From positions 1 to 64,000 of the forward strand of contig JBBRNJ010000007.1 in NCBI GenBank assembly GCA_038230375.1: DNA of 64,000 nucleotides. The letters run 5' to 3'. Positions 27,014 through 36,182 of this stretch are shown here, piece after piece. Positions within the stretch are counted from its first letter, which is position 1; each line of letters starts with the position of its first letter. The notes under the pieces are model-generated. The model saw only the letters and a list, made by a program, of their open reading frames with translations, made no database searches and was not told the origin of the DNA. The DNA comes from Polyangiales bacterium. GTDB taxonomy: Bacteria; Myxococcota_A; Polyangia; Polyangiales; Polyangiaceae. The position numbers and the translations under genes are program-made.

Positions 27014-28447
27014 CTAGAACGCGCCTCGCTTCAGGTTGCCAAGGTCCTTCGACACGGCGGACTTCGCGGCGGCCTTGCCGCGGTCGGAGCCGGCGCCGAC
27101 GCGGTTGAACTCTTCCTTGGTGGCCGCGTAGCTCGAGATCTGGCGCTGCATCGCAGCTGCTTCGGGGGCCGGCGCAGCGGACGCGGCGAGCGCAAGGTCA
27201 CGCACGTTGTTGTCGATGATCGTCTGCGCGCGCACGTTGTCACCCTTCGCGTAGGCCTCTGCTGCGTCCAGCTGACGCTTGGATGCGAACACCGAGGTCG
27301 CGTTCGCGAACACGGCGCCGTTCTGCGAGGCCTGCGCGGCGCGCGTGTCGGACGTGCCGCGTAGCTCGAGCTTCACGTCGTTCGCGGAGACGCGGCGGTC
27401 ACCCTTCACCAGGGTCCAGTCCACGTCCGCGGCCAGCGTGTAGGTCTGGTCGGCGTTAGCGTCGACCTCGAAGTCCACCACGACGCGTCGGCTGTCGCCC
27501 GCGAACAGCGAGCCCACCTTGAGCGTCACATCCTGGCCGTTCTGCACGGCGTCCGCGCCCTGCGCGTCCGAGAAGCGCATGCCGCGCGGTACGTGCAGCG
27601 TGATCTGGCTGTTCGAGATGGTCGTGCTCGACGCCTCCAGGAGCTCCTGGTTCAGGAAGCCCGTGAGCGAGGCACCATCCTTCACGAACGCGAAGTTGCC
27701 GTGTCCAGACGTGGCCACGCCGCCCATGTAACCCTCGTCGAAATCCAGACCAATGCCGAGCGAGCTGACGGTGATGCCCTCGTCGAATGCCTGCCGCGCA
27801 AACGCCTGCGACTGTGCCTTCGTCCCGTCCAGACCGTCGCTCGCGAGCACGATGCGCCGCACGCGATCCTTCTTGGCCTCCTCGAGCACGCGCTTTCCTT
27901 CGGCGAGGGCCGGCGCGATCATGGTGCCGCCGTCTGCCTGTAGCTCCTGGATGCGTCGATTCAGGTTCTGGCGCACGTCACCCAGGCGGGCAAGGGGCTG
28001 GACCACGTCATGCGTGTCCGAGTAGCGGATGAAGGCGATCTGATCGTCGTCCCTCATGTTGGCGATCAGCTTCAAGACAGCGCTCTTCGCCTGGTCGATC
28101 TTCTCGCCGCTCATGGATCCAGACGTGTCGAGCACGACGGCGAGCGACACGGGCGCGCGCTCCTTCGCCTGCGACGCCTGGTCCGCCTCGAAGTCGATCT
28201 CCGCGTAGACATGCTGCGTCGTGCCGGCGAGCACGCGCGTCTGCGTGAACGCGATGGTGCCATGCGCGCCTTGCCCGGAGAACGAGCCACCCTGCGTGGT
28301 GCCCACGAGTGCTGCGCCGCCTGCACCGCCAGGGTGGGCCTGCGCGATGGCCGGTGCGCGATGCAGGACAAGCCCTCCTGCGGACAGGACGATCGCAGAC
28401 AAAGCCAGGCCTCGCCGCACGCGCGGCTGCATCCACCATTTCATCAT
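27014..28447 (-). CDS. Exported von Willebrand factor A domain protein
   Basis: Signal peptide; MIDAS DTSGS, GGT, LASDG; GIGLDFDE; SD GAGG upstream. Confidence 0.9.
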   Translation of the reverse strand: MMKWWMQPRVRRGLALSAIVLSAGGLVLHRAPAIAQAHPGGAGGAALVGTTQGGSFSGQGAHGTIAFTQTRVLAGTTQHVYAEIDFEADQASQAKERAPVSLAVVLDTSGSMSGEKIDQAKSAVLKLIANMRDDDQIAFIRYSDTHDVVQPLARLGDVRQNLNRRIQELQADGGTMIAPALAEGKRVLEEAKKDRVRRIVLASDGLDGTKAQSQAFARQAFDEGITVSSLGIGLDFDEGYMGGVATSGHGNFAFVKDGASLTGFLNQELLEASSTTISNSQITLHVPRGMRFSDAQGADAVQNGQDVTLKVGSLFAGDSRRVVVDFEVDANADQTYTLAADVDWTLVKGDRRVSANDVKLELRGTSDTRAAQASQNGAVFANATSVFASKRQLDAAEAYAKGDNVRAQTIIDNNVRDLALAASAAPAPEAAAMQRQISSYAATKEEFNRVGAGSDRGKAAAKSAVSKDLGNLKRGAF

Positions 28448-28589
28448 TTGTGACCTCGGTCGGGCGCGCGCGGATATCGCGACGGCAACGGACTCTCTGA
28501 CGACCGGCGCCGCCGAAAGTTTTGTGAGGCCTTGAATAAAGTGTCGCTACCTGCGCGTCCGATCCGTACGAATTACGGGAATATCGCGC

Positions 28590-30506
28590 TCACTCCGGCT
28601 TGAGTGTGACCCACACTTCGGCCGTGGCGCTGGGGCCCTCGAGCGCGCTCTCCGGCAACTGCTTGTGAAACACCGTGCTCTGGAAGCAGCGGGTGGCCTG
28701 CGGCAGCTGGTCGAGGCCAGTGACGACGACGCCGGAGATGAGTCCAGTGCCGTCGATCGAGAGGTTGAAGGTGGCCGTGCCGTCCACGCGCTGACCCTTG
28801 GCCGTGAGCGCGTCCTTGTAGCAAGCAGAGAGCTGACCGCGCAGGGCGTCGAACTCCTTGCGAAGCGGACCAGCCTTCACACCGGACGGGTTCGTCATGC
28901 CGATGTCCACGTGTGCGTTCTGCGCGTTGAACGCCGCGACGGGTTCGACCGGATGATCAGGCGGCATGGGCGCTGCGGAGGGCACCGGGGCGGCGCTGGC
29001 TGACGCCGCACCCTTCGCAGACGGTGCACTCTTCGCGCCCTTCCCGGACGGGGCAGGGGAGGGGGCAGGGATGACACCGGGCGCCTTGCCGCCAACGCCC
29101 GCGCTGCCTGCGAGCGCGGAGGACGCGCCCTTGGGATCGCTTCCAAGCGGGTTCGCGAATGTCTGATGCTGCTCGAGCGGGTTCAGGTCCATACCTGCGA
29201 CGCTCGCACTGGCCCGGGGCGTGGCGTTCACAGAGTTTCGCAGGCGCGGCAAGAGCACCGCGCCGACACCCACGGACAGTCCCAGCACCGCAACGAGGAT
29301 CGCGAACACGAGTCCGCCGCTGCCCTTCTTGCGCGCGACCTGAGGACCAAGCGCGGTACCGCTGGACGTGTCCTTGGGCACATAGGGAGCGAATTTCGCG
29401 GGGCCGGTGGAGTCGGGCGTCTGCGGCGAGGAGATCGATGAGACCGCACCGCCACTCACATCCAATGTGGGCGCGTGGCTCATCGCCGCGGAGTCCGCCT
29501 TGTCGCCCATGCGACGGGTCCCGCCAGAGGACGGCGAGCGCACACCCATCGGCTGCGAGAGGCTGTCGGGATATCCAACGAACGGCCCGCGCCCGAGAGC
29601 TTCACGCAGCGCCGCGCGAAACTCCTTCGCCGTCTGGTAACGATCACCGCGCAGCTTGGCGATGGACTTGATGCACACGGTCTCGAGCGCGGGATGGATG
29701 CCATCGCGCACCGAGGAAGGCGGGCGCGCGTCGTCGGTGACGACCTTGAGCACCACGCCGAGCGCGTTCTCCGCGGTGAAGGGCAGGTCGCCGCAGAGCA
29801 GCTGATAGAGCACGATGCCCATGGAGTAGAGATCGCTGCGCGAGTCGAGCGTATCGCCGCGGGCCTGCTCCGGTGACATGTACTCGGGCGTGCCGATGAG
29901 CGCGCCAGTCTGCGTGAGCGCGGGTTGACCCTTCGCGGAGCCGCCGCCGTTCTCCGTCTGGAAGCCGCGCGGGTCGGAGAACTTCGCGATACCGAAGTCG
30001 CAGACCTTCACGACGTCGATCGAGTTTCCCTCGTCGTCCTTGCCAGGGACGATCATGATGTTCTCGGGCTTCAGGTCGCGGTGGACGATGCCGTGATCGT
30101 GCGCGACCTGGAGCGCGCCGAGCGCCTGCGACATCAAGGACACGATGCGCTCGGGCGGGATCGGCCAGTCCTCGTTGAGGACCTTCAAGAGGTCGCGACC
30201 CTGGAGGAGCTCCATGGCCAGGTAGATGGTGCCGTCGTCGTCCTGACCGAAGTCGATGACGCGCACGGAGTTCGGGTGATTGAGCTTGCTTGCGGCCTTG
30301 GCTTCGCGGTGGAAGCGCTCTGCGAAGCGCGGGTCCTTCGCGAGCTCGTCGTGCATCACCTTCAGCGCGATGTGCGAGTCGAGCGCGACGTGCATGGCAA
30401 GGAACACGTCGCCCATGGCTCCGCCACCGATGCGGGAGTGGATGACGAACTTGCCACCGACCTTCCGCCCGATCATGTCGCGCGCTTCGTCCGCCGCCTT
30501 CGCCAT
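28590..30506 (-). CDS. Membrane Ser/Thr kinase with a C-terminal AgmX/PglI (TonB_C-like) domain
   Basis: IGGGAMGDVF, HRDLKPEN, DFG, GTPEYMSPE; one TM; LSACYKDAL...DGTATFNLSIDGTG...TRCF. Real start taken at ATG 30506; the ORF-track extension overlaps the FKBP gene. Confidence 0.93.
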   Translation of the reverse strand: MAKAADEARDMIGRKVGGKFVIHSRIGGGAMGDVFLAMHVALDSHIALKVMHDELAKDPRFAERFHREAKAASKLNHPNSVRVIDFGQDDDGTIYLAMELLQGRDLLKVLNEDWPIPPERIVSLMSQALGALQVAHDHGIVHRDLKPENIMIVPGKDDEGNSIDVVKVCDFGIAKFSDPRGFQTENGGGSAKGQPALTQTGALIGTPEYMSPEQARGDTLDSRSDLYSMGIVLYQLLCGDLPFTAENALGVVLKVVTDDARPPSSVRDGIHPALETVCIKSIAKLRGDRYQTAKEFRAALREALGRGPFVGYPDSLSQPMGVRSPSSGGTRRMGDKADSAAMSHAPTLDVSGGAVSSISSPQTPDSTGPAKFAPYVPKDTSSGTALGPQVARKKGSGGLVFAILVAVLGLSVGVGAVLLPRLRNSVNATPRASASVAGMDLNPLEQHQTFANPLGSDPKGASSALAGSAGVGGKAPGVIPAPSPAPSGKGAKSAPSAKGAASASAAPVPSAAPMPPDHPVEPVAAFNAQNAHVDIGMTNPSGVKAGPLRKEFDALRGQLSACYKDALTAKGQRVDGTATFNLSIDGTGLISGVVVTGLDQLPQATRCFQSTVFHKQLPESALEGPSATAEVWVTLKPE

Positions 30507-30631
30507 TGCCTCAACTGGCCAGTATAGCGATCGGCCAGGCCAACCCCGAATAAAACACCAAGATCGCCCGCGTTCGTCGATCTTGACGAACGTCCATGCC
30601 GCCCATGCAACCAAGGGCCGCGGGCGGCGGG

Positions 30632-30958
30632 TCAGCCGATTTTCAGCAGCTCTACTTCGAACACCAGGGTGGCGTTCGGCGGGATGATGTTGCCGAAGCC
30701 ACCTGCGCCGTAGGCCAGATCCGAGGGGATGGTCAGCTTGCGGACCTGGCCCACCTTCATGCCGGCGACACCCTGGTCCCAGCCCTTGATGACCATGCCC
30801 TTGCCCAGGTTGAACACGAAGCCCTGCCCGCGGTCGCGCGAGCTGTCGAACTTCGATCCGTCCGTGAGCGTGCCCACGTAGTGAACGGTGACCTTGTCGC
30901 CGGCCTTGGCCTCCGGACCCTCGCCCGGCTTCTTGTCTTCGATCTGCAGCTCGCTCAC
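30632..30958 (-). CDS. FKBP-type peptidyl-prolyl cis-trans isomerase
   Basis: [54 protein letters not shown]. Confidence 0.97.
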   Translation of the reverse strand: MSELQIEDKKPGEGPEAKAGDKVTVHYVGTLTDGSKFDSSRDRGQGFVFNLGKGMVIKGWDQGVAGMKVGQVRKLTIPSDLAYGAGGFGNIIPPNATLVFEVELLKIG

Positions 30959-30991
30959 GTTGCTCTCCTCTTTCGGGGTTGGGTTTGCCGG

Positions 30992-33724
30992 TCATCCCCT
31001 TTGATGGAGCTGCCGGAGGACGAACGGTAAGACGCCGCCGTTCTCGAAGTAAAGGATCTCCGTCGCGGTGTCGATACGTACCGTCGTCTTGAAGCTCGTG
31101 GTCTTGCCGGTCGCATCCTTCGCGGTGACGGCGATGGTGCGCGGGCCGCTGGCAGATGCGTGTAGTGCGTCAGACAATCCAGTGATGTCGAAGGTCTCCT
31201 CGCCGGTGAGTCCGAGCGAGCTGGCGCTCTCGTCTTTTGCGTACTGCAACGGCAGGATGCCCATGCCCACCAGGTTCGAGCGATGGATTCGCTCGTAGCT
31301 CTCTGCGATGACGACCCGCACGCCGAGGAGCTTCGTGCCCTTCGCGGCCCAGTCGCGCGAGCTGCCGGAGCCGTATTCCTTGCCAGCGAGCACCACGAGC
31401 GGCACGCCGTCGGCGAGGTACCGCTCCGAAGCCTCGAAGATCGACGTGACCTCGCCGCTCGGTAGGTGGCGCGTGACGCCGCCCTCCGTGCCGTGTGCGA
31501 GCAGGTTCCTCAGACGAACGTTCGCGAACGTGCCGCGCACCATCACCTCGTGGTTGCCACGTCGCGAGCCGTAGCTGTTGAAGTCCGCCTGGGTCACGCC
31601 GTGCGCGAGCAGGTACTTGCCCGCGGGGCTGTCATTCTTGATGTTGCCGGCGGGAGAGATGTGGTCCGTGGTGATGCTGTCGCCCAGCATGGCGAGCACG
31701 CGCGCATCGCGTACGTCCGTGATGGGCTCCGGCAAGAGCTTCATGCCCACGAAGTGCGGCGGGTGCTTCACGTAGGTGGAGGCGGCTTCCCACTGGAACT
31801 CCGAGCCCGTGGGGACCACGAGCGCGCGCCAGGCGTCGTCGCCCTCGTACACGTTCGCATAGACGCGGCGAAACATCTCCGGCGTGAGCGCGCGCGCGAT
31901 GGTGTCCGTGATCTCTTGGTGCGTGGGCCACAGATCGCGCAGGAACACGTCCTTGCCATCACTGCCCTTGCCGATCGCGTCTTTTTCAAGGTCGATGTCG
32001 ATACGGCCCGCGAGCGCGTACGCCACGACGAGCGGCGGCGATGCGAGGTAGTTCGCGCGCACCTCGGGATGCACGCGACCTTCGAAATTGCGGTTGCCGG
32101 AGAGCACGGCAGCCACGACAAGGTCGCCCTCGGCGATCGATTTCGACGTCGCGGCGGGCAGGGGACCGCTGTTGCCGATGCACGTCGTGCAGCCGTAGCC
32201 GACGACGAAGAAGTTCGCCTTCTCGAGCGCCGCGAGCAGCCCTGCGTGCGTGAGGTACTCCGTCACCACCTGCGAGCCGGGCGCCAGGCTGGTCTTCACC
32301 CACGGCTTCGCGGTGAGGCCAAGGTCGGTCGCCTTCTTCGCGACCAGGCCCGCGGCGATCATCACGCTCGGGTTGGACGTGTTCGTGCAGCTCGTGATCG
32401 CCGCGATGACGACGCTTCCGTCCGTGACGTTCGGGTCCGCGGTGGCCGCCGCGACAACCGGATCTTGCAGCAGCGACCTCTTCTTGCCGCCTGCAGCCGC
32501 TGCCGCAAGCCGCGCCTTGTTCTCCGCCAGTGCTGCGGCGAACGAATGCTGCACGTCCGAGAGCTTCACGCGATCCTGCGGCCGCGCGGGACCTGCGACG
32601 CTCGGCTCCACGGAGGAGAGCTCGAGCTCCAGGATATCGCTGTAGTCTGCATCATGTTGGTTGCCGTCGTGGAACAGGCCCTGCGCCTTCGCGTAGGCCG
32701 AAACGAGCGCGACCGCCGCATCGTCGCGCCCCGTGAAACGCAGGTACCGCAACGTCTCGGCGTCGATCGGGAAGATGCCGCACGTGGCGCCGTACTCCGG
32801 CGCCATGTTCGCGATGGTCAGACGGTCCGAAAGCGCCAGCGCCGGAAGGCCCGGACCAAAGTACTCCACGAACTTCCCCACGACGCCCTTCTTGCGGAGC
32901 AGCTGTGTGAGCGTGAGCACCAGGTCCGTGGCGGTCGCGCCTTCGCGCAGCTTGCCGGTGAGCCGCACGCCCACGACCTCGGGGATGAGCATGCTCGCGG
33001 GCTGACCGAGCATCGCGGCCTCTGCCTCGATGCCGCCAACGCCCCAGCCCAGCACGCCAAGGCCGTTCACCATCGTGGTGTGCGAGTCCGTACCGACGAC
33101 AGTGTCGGGGTATGCGAGCGTGCCGCTCTTGTCCGTCATCACCACGCGTGCGAGCAGCTCCACGTTCACCTGGTGGACGATGCCGGTGTCGGGCGGCACC
33201 GCCTTGAAGCTCTCGAATGCGCTCTGTCCCCATTTCAGGAAGCGATAGCGCTCTGCGTTGCGGCTCATCTCCAGCGCGCTGTTCTTCGCGAGCGCGTCCT
33301 TCGAGCCATAGGCATCGACCTGGACCGAGTGATCGATCACCAGCTCCACGGGCTGCAACGGCTCGATCTTGCGCGGATCGCCGCCGAGCGCCTTCATGGC
33401 GTCACGCATGGCTGCCAGGTCGACCACGCACGGGACGCCCGTGAAGTCCTGCAGCAGCACGCGGCCAGGCGAGAACGCGATCTCCCTGTCGGGCGTGGCC
33501 TTCGGGTTCCATCGCGCGAGCGCGAGGATGTCGTCCTTCGTCACGCTCACGCCATCCTCGGCACGCAGGAGATTCTCGAGCAGGATGCGAAGCGAGAAGG
33601 GGAGCCGCGCGATCTCTGGCACCACCTTCGCGACGGCCGAGAGCCCGTAGATTGTGTACGCGCGACCGCCCACGTCGAGCGTCGCGCGGCTTCCGAAGGA
33701 GTCGACCGTCTTCGATGTGCCCAT
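30992..33724 (-). CDS. acnA: Aconitate hydratase A
   Basis: LPFSLRILLENLLR, QDFTGVP, DHSVQVD, GTDSHT, AITSCTNTSNP, GCTTCIGNSG, SGNRNFEGR, DHISPAG, GSGSSRDWAAKG. Confidence 0.98.
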   Translation of the reverse strand: MGTSKTVDSFGSRATLDVGGRAYTIYGLSAVAKVVPEIARLPFSLRILLENLLRAEDGVSVTKDDILALARWNPKATPDREIAFSPGRVLLQDFTGVPCVVDLAAMRDAMKALGGDPRKIEPLQPVELVIDHSVQVDAYGSKDALAKNSALEMSRNAERYRFLKWGQSAFESFKAVPPDTGIVHQVNVELLARVVMTDKSGTLAYPDTVVGTDSHTTMVNGLGVLGWGVGGIEAEAAMLGQPASMLIPEVVGVRLTGKLREGATATDLVLTLTQLLRKKGVVGKFVEYFGPGLPALALSDRLTIANMAPEYGATCGIFPIDAETLRYLRFTGRDDAAVALVSAYAKAQGLFHDGNQHDADYSDILELELSSVEPSVAGPARPQDRVKLSDVQHSFAAALAENKARLAAAAAGGKKRSLLQDPVVAAATADPNVTDGSVVIAAITSCTNTSNPSVMIAAGLVAKKATDLGLTAKPWVKTSLAPGSQVVTEYLTHAGLLAALEKANFFVVGYGCTTCIGNSGPLPAATSKSIAEGDLVVAAVLSGNRNFEGRVHPEVRANYLASPPLVVAYALAGRIDIDLEKDAIGKGSDGKDVFLRDLWPTHQEITDTIARALTPEMFRRVYANVYEGDDAWRALVVPTGSEFQWEAASTYVKHPPHFVGMKLLPEPITDVRDARVLAMLGDSITTDHISPAGNIKNDSPAGKYLLAHGVTQADFNSYGSRRGNHEVMVRGTFANVRLRNLLAHGTEGGVTRHLPSGEVTSIFEASERYLADGVPLVVLAGKEYGSGSSRDWAAKGTKLLGVRVVIAESYERIHRSNLVGMGILPLQYAKDESASSLGLTGEETFDITGLSDALHASASGPRTIAVTAKDATGKTTSFKTTVRIDTATEILYFENGGVLPFVLRQLHQRG

Positions 33725-33771
33725 GCCGAAGGGTCTAACCCCTCGGGGCCCCGTCGGTCATGGAGAAAGTC

Positions 33772-35112
33772 TCAGCGTGGAGCCTTCTGGAGCTGCCCGT
33801 ACGTTCCGAAGTTGAAGACGAGCCCTTCGTTCGTCCAGTAGATGCTCTTCGCATCCATCGTGATGCGGTTCGGTGCGGAGAGGCCCTTTGCGATCACTCG
33901 CGCGCCGCCAGTGCACGCGCCGCTCTTCACGGTGCATCCGTTGACGGTGCCGTCCATGGGGACGCCGCCGTCGGGGAACTTGCCTGACGTGGTGCCCGCC
34001 TCGGTCCAGTAGACAACGCCGCTGCCCGCCGTGACGCCGCGCGGATCCCGTAGCCCACCCACGTACGTGCTCGGAACGCACGCCAGGTCCTTCGCCGGGC
34101 AGCTCTGGAGCTTGTCGGGATACTTGTCCGGAAGGTAGTGCGCGGTCGTGAAGAAGAGTGTGTCGGTCGAGGCGTCGTATGCGAGCGCGGAGACCCAGCC
34201 GCCATTGCCCTTGTCGCCGTCGAAGATGATGGTGTTGGCGGCGCAGTTCTGCGGTGATGCGCAGTAGTGGATGCCGGTGTCCGTGGACCACACGAACGCG
34301 CCGTTCGGCAGGAAGAGCGAGTCGTACGCCTGGGCGGCGCTCTCGATCGACGTGCCGGCGTCGCAGTTGCCCAGCTTGCACGAGTAGAAGCCCTTGCCCG
34401 GATCGCTGTCGGTGCCGAAGAAGAGCGTGCCTGCATCCGCGAAGACGTTGAACTCGTCCACGTTGGTGAGGCCCAGCGGCGTGAGGCGCGTGATCCCTGC
34501 GTCCACGCTGGGCGTGACCTGGTAGACGCCCGTGGGGAACGTGGAGTTGTCGTAGTAGTTGGAGAAGAAGACGTTGCTGCCGACCAGGTGCACGCGTTCG
34601 AGCTCGAGCTCGTTGGAGCTCACGACGAACGTGAGGCCAGCGCCAAGGCATCCGTTCTTTACGCAGCGACCCAGCGTGCCGTCGCCTGCCGCGGCGTAGA
34701 CGTCGGTGCCGGACACGTCGAGCCCGCCGATGCCCGCCTGCGCCTTGTCGCTGAGCGTGCAGATGCCGGCCGCGCACGCTCCGCCGGTGCAGTCGTGGGC
34801 GCACGCGCCGCAGTTGGCGAGGCTCGTGAGGACGTCGATGCCAGGACACGTGACCATGCCCCCATCCTGTCCGCCGGCTCCGTCCTGCGCGCCGTTGCCG
34901 CCGTCCTTCTGACCCAGCACGTTTCCGTCGCCGTTGCCCGCGGAGCCGTCGCCGCCGCCCGCATTCGGATCGTAGGTGAGGTCGTCGCGGGTGCCGATGA
35001 TCGCGTTGCATGCGAGCGCGCCAACAGCCAACGAGAGCGTGGTGCAGATCGCGAGCGCGGCGCGGGCGCGAGAGCCGCGAAGGTGCAGGTGGAACCGAGG
35101 CGTCCGCGCCAT
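33772..35112 (-). CDS. Lipoprotein (CNAIIG start) with a Cys-rich segment and a beta-propeller-like C-terminal region; third gene of cassette 1
   Basis: GALAC-NAIIG; G/D linker; NCGACAHDCTGGAC; blade-like VYWTE and IYWTN motifs; TGATG overlap with the upstream gene. Confidence 0.8.
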   Translation of the reverse strand: MARTPRFHLHLRGSRARAALAICTTLSLAVGALACNAIIGTRDDLTYDPNAGGGDGSAGNGDGNVLGQKDGGNGAQDGAGGQDGGMVTCPGIDVLTSLANCGACAHDCTGGACAAGICTLSDKAQAGIGGLDVSGTDVYAAAGDGTLGRCVKNGCLGAGLTFVVSSNELELERVHLVGSNVFFSNYYDNSTFPTGVYQVTPSVDAGITRLTPLGLTNVDEFNVFADAGTLFFGTDSDPGKGFYSCKLGNCDAGTSIESAAQAYDSLFLPNGAFVWSTDTGIHYCASPQNCAANTIIFDGDKGNGGWVSALAYDASTDTLFFTTAHYLPDKYPDKLQSCPAKDLACVPSTYVGGLRDPRGVTAGSGVVYWTEAGTTSGKFPDGGVPMDGTVNGCTVKSGACTGGARVIAKGLSAPNRITMDAKSIYWTNEGLVFNFGTYGQLQKAPR

Positions 35113-36149
35113 CAGAACGAGCCGCCCATCGAAAGGCCCGAGTACGTGGGGCCGAACGTAGGTGACACCTTCACGTCGGAGAACGCAGCCTTCTTCTCCT
35201 GGGACGATGGAGCCGTGAGCACCAGCACCACGCCGCCCGCGAGCAGCACACCGCCCGCGATGAAGCCGATGGTGGACACGGTGCCGAGCGACTTCGCCTT
35301 GTCGTTGTCGTCAACGCCGGTCTTGTCCGCGCAGGGCGAACTCGGGCAGAGCTTCTTGGCGTCGTTGTTGGCGCCCATGGCCATGAGGCCGGTCACTCCG
35401 CCGACGCCAAGGCCGACGATGCCGACCGCGCCGAGCGTGTAGCCGATGATCCGTCGCCCGGAGCCAGGATCCTCCGTCTTCGCGGGAGCGCCGGAGGTCG
35501 CGGTGCCCGATGCGGTGGTCGTGGGAGGGGTCTTCGTGTCCACGGGTGCGACGGCGACGGGCGCGTCCTCGAGCTTCGGGATCTTCACCTCGAGCTTCTG
35601 GCCGTCTCCGCTGACGTTCACCGTGGTCTTGAACGCGAGCTTCTTGGGCGCCTCGGCCGTGAAGGTGTGCTGGCCTGCGTCGAGCGGGATGGGCACGCTG
35701 TAGGAAGCGGTCGCGACCTCCAGGTCGTCGCGCTTCACGGTCTCGCCGGCGGCGGGGTCAGCGACGATGATCGACACGCGCGAGAGCTTGGGCTCCAGAG
35801 CCGCTGCCTTGCCGCGCGCAGCCTTCTCCCACTCCGCGCGGTTCTGCGCGTGCGCCGCCGAAGCAGCGTCCAGGTACGTGGCCCACGCGCTGGCGTTCTT
35901 GTTCGTCTTCTCGTAGCAGTTGGCAAGGTGCAGCAGCGTGCCGGCGGCGGGATCCAGCTGCTGGCTCGCCGCGAACTTCGGACAAGCCGAAGCGAAGTCG
36001 CCCTTGGTCTCGAGCTTCTTGCCCTCGTCGTAGAGCGCCTCGGCGGCCGCTGCACCTGAAGCATCCGCCCGAGCGTGCGAGCCCTGCCCAACAATCGCCA
36101 GCAACACAGCGGACGCCACCAAGGAGAAACGCTTCATCCGCAGCCTCAT
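35112..36149 (-). CDS. Secreted TPR + PEGA/Ig-like protein with a Gly-rich helical hairpin and a terminal beta-hairpin; second gene of cassette 1
   Basis: Signal peptide (HARA); AEALYDEGKKL...ACPKFAAS...GTLLHLANCYEK...ASAW; PLDAGQHTF; two Gly-rich hydrophobic helices; ends VKVSPTFGPTYSGLSMGGSF. Confidence 0.82.
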   Translation of the reverse strand: MRLRMKRFSLVASAVLLAIVGQGSHARADASGAAAAEALYDEGKKLETKGDFASACPKFAASQQLDPAAGTLLHLANCYEKTNKNASAWATYLDAASAAHAQNRAEWEKAARGKAAALEPKLSRVSIIVADPAAGETVKRDDLEVATASYSVPIPLDAGQHTFTAEAPKKLAFKTTVNVSGDGQKLEVKIPKLEDAPVAVAPVDTKTPPTTTASGTATSGAPAKTEDPGSGRRIIGYTLGAVGIVGLGVGGVTGLMAMGANNDAKKLCPSSPCADKTGVDDNDKAKSLGTVSTIGFIAGGVLLAGGVVLVLTAPSSQEKKAAFSDVKVSPTFGPTYSGLSMGGSF

Positions 36150-36182
36150 GCGCAGAGCGTAGACGATCGATCGCCCCGAGCG

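Noticed and set aside
28590..30995. 801-aa kinase with a long N-terminal extension
   Set aside because: The extension is an off-frame read through the FKBP gene; a -10 element and GAGG precede ATG 30506.
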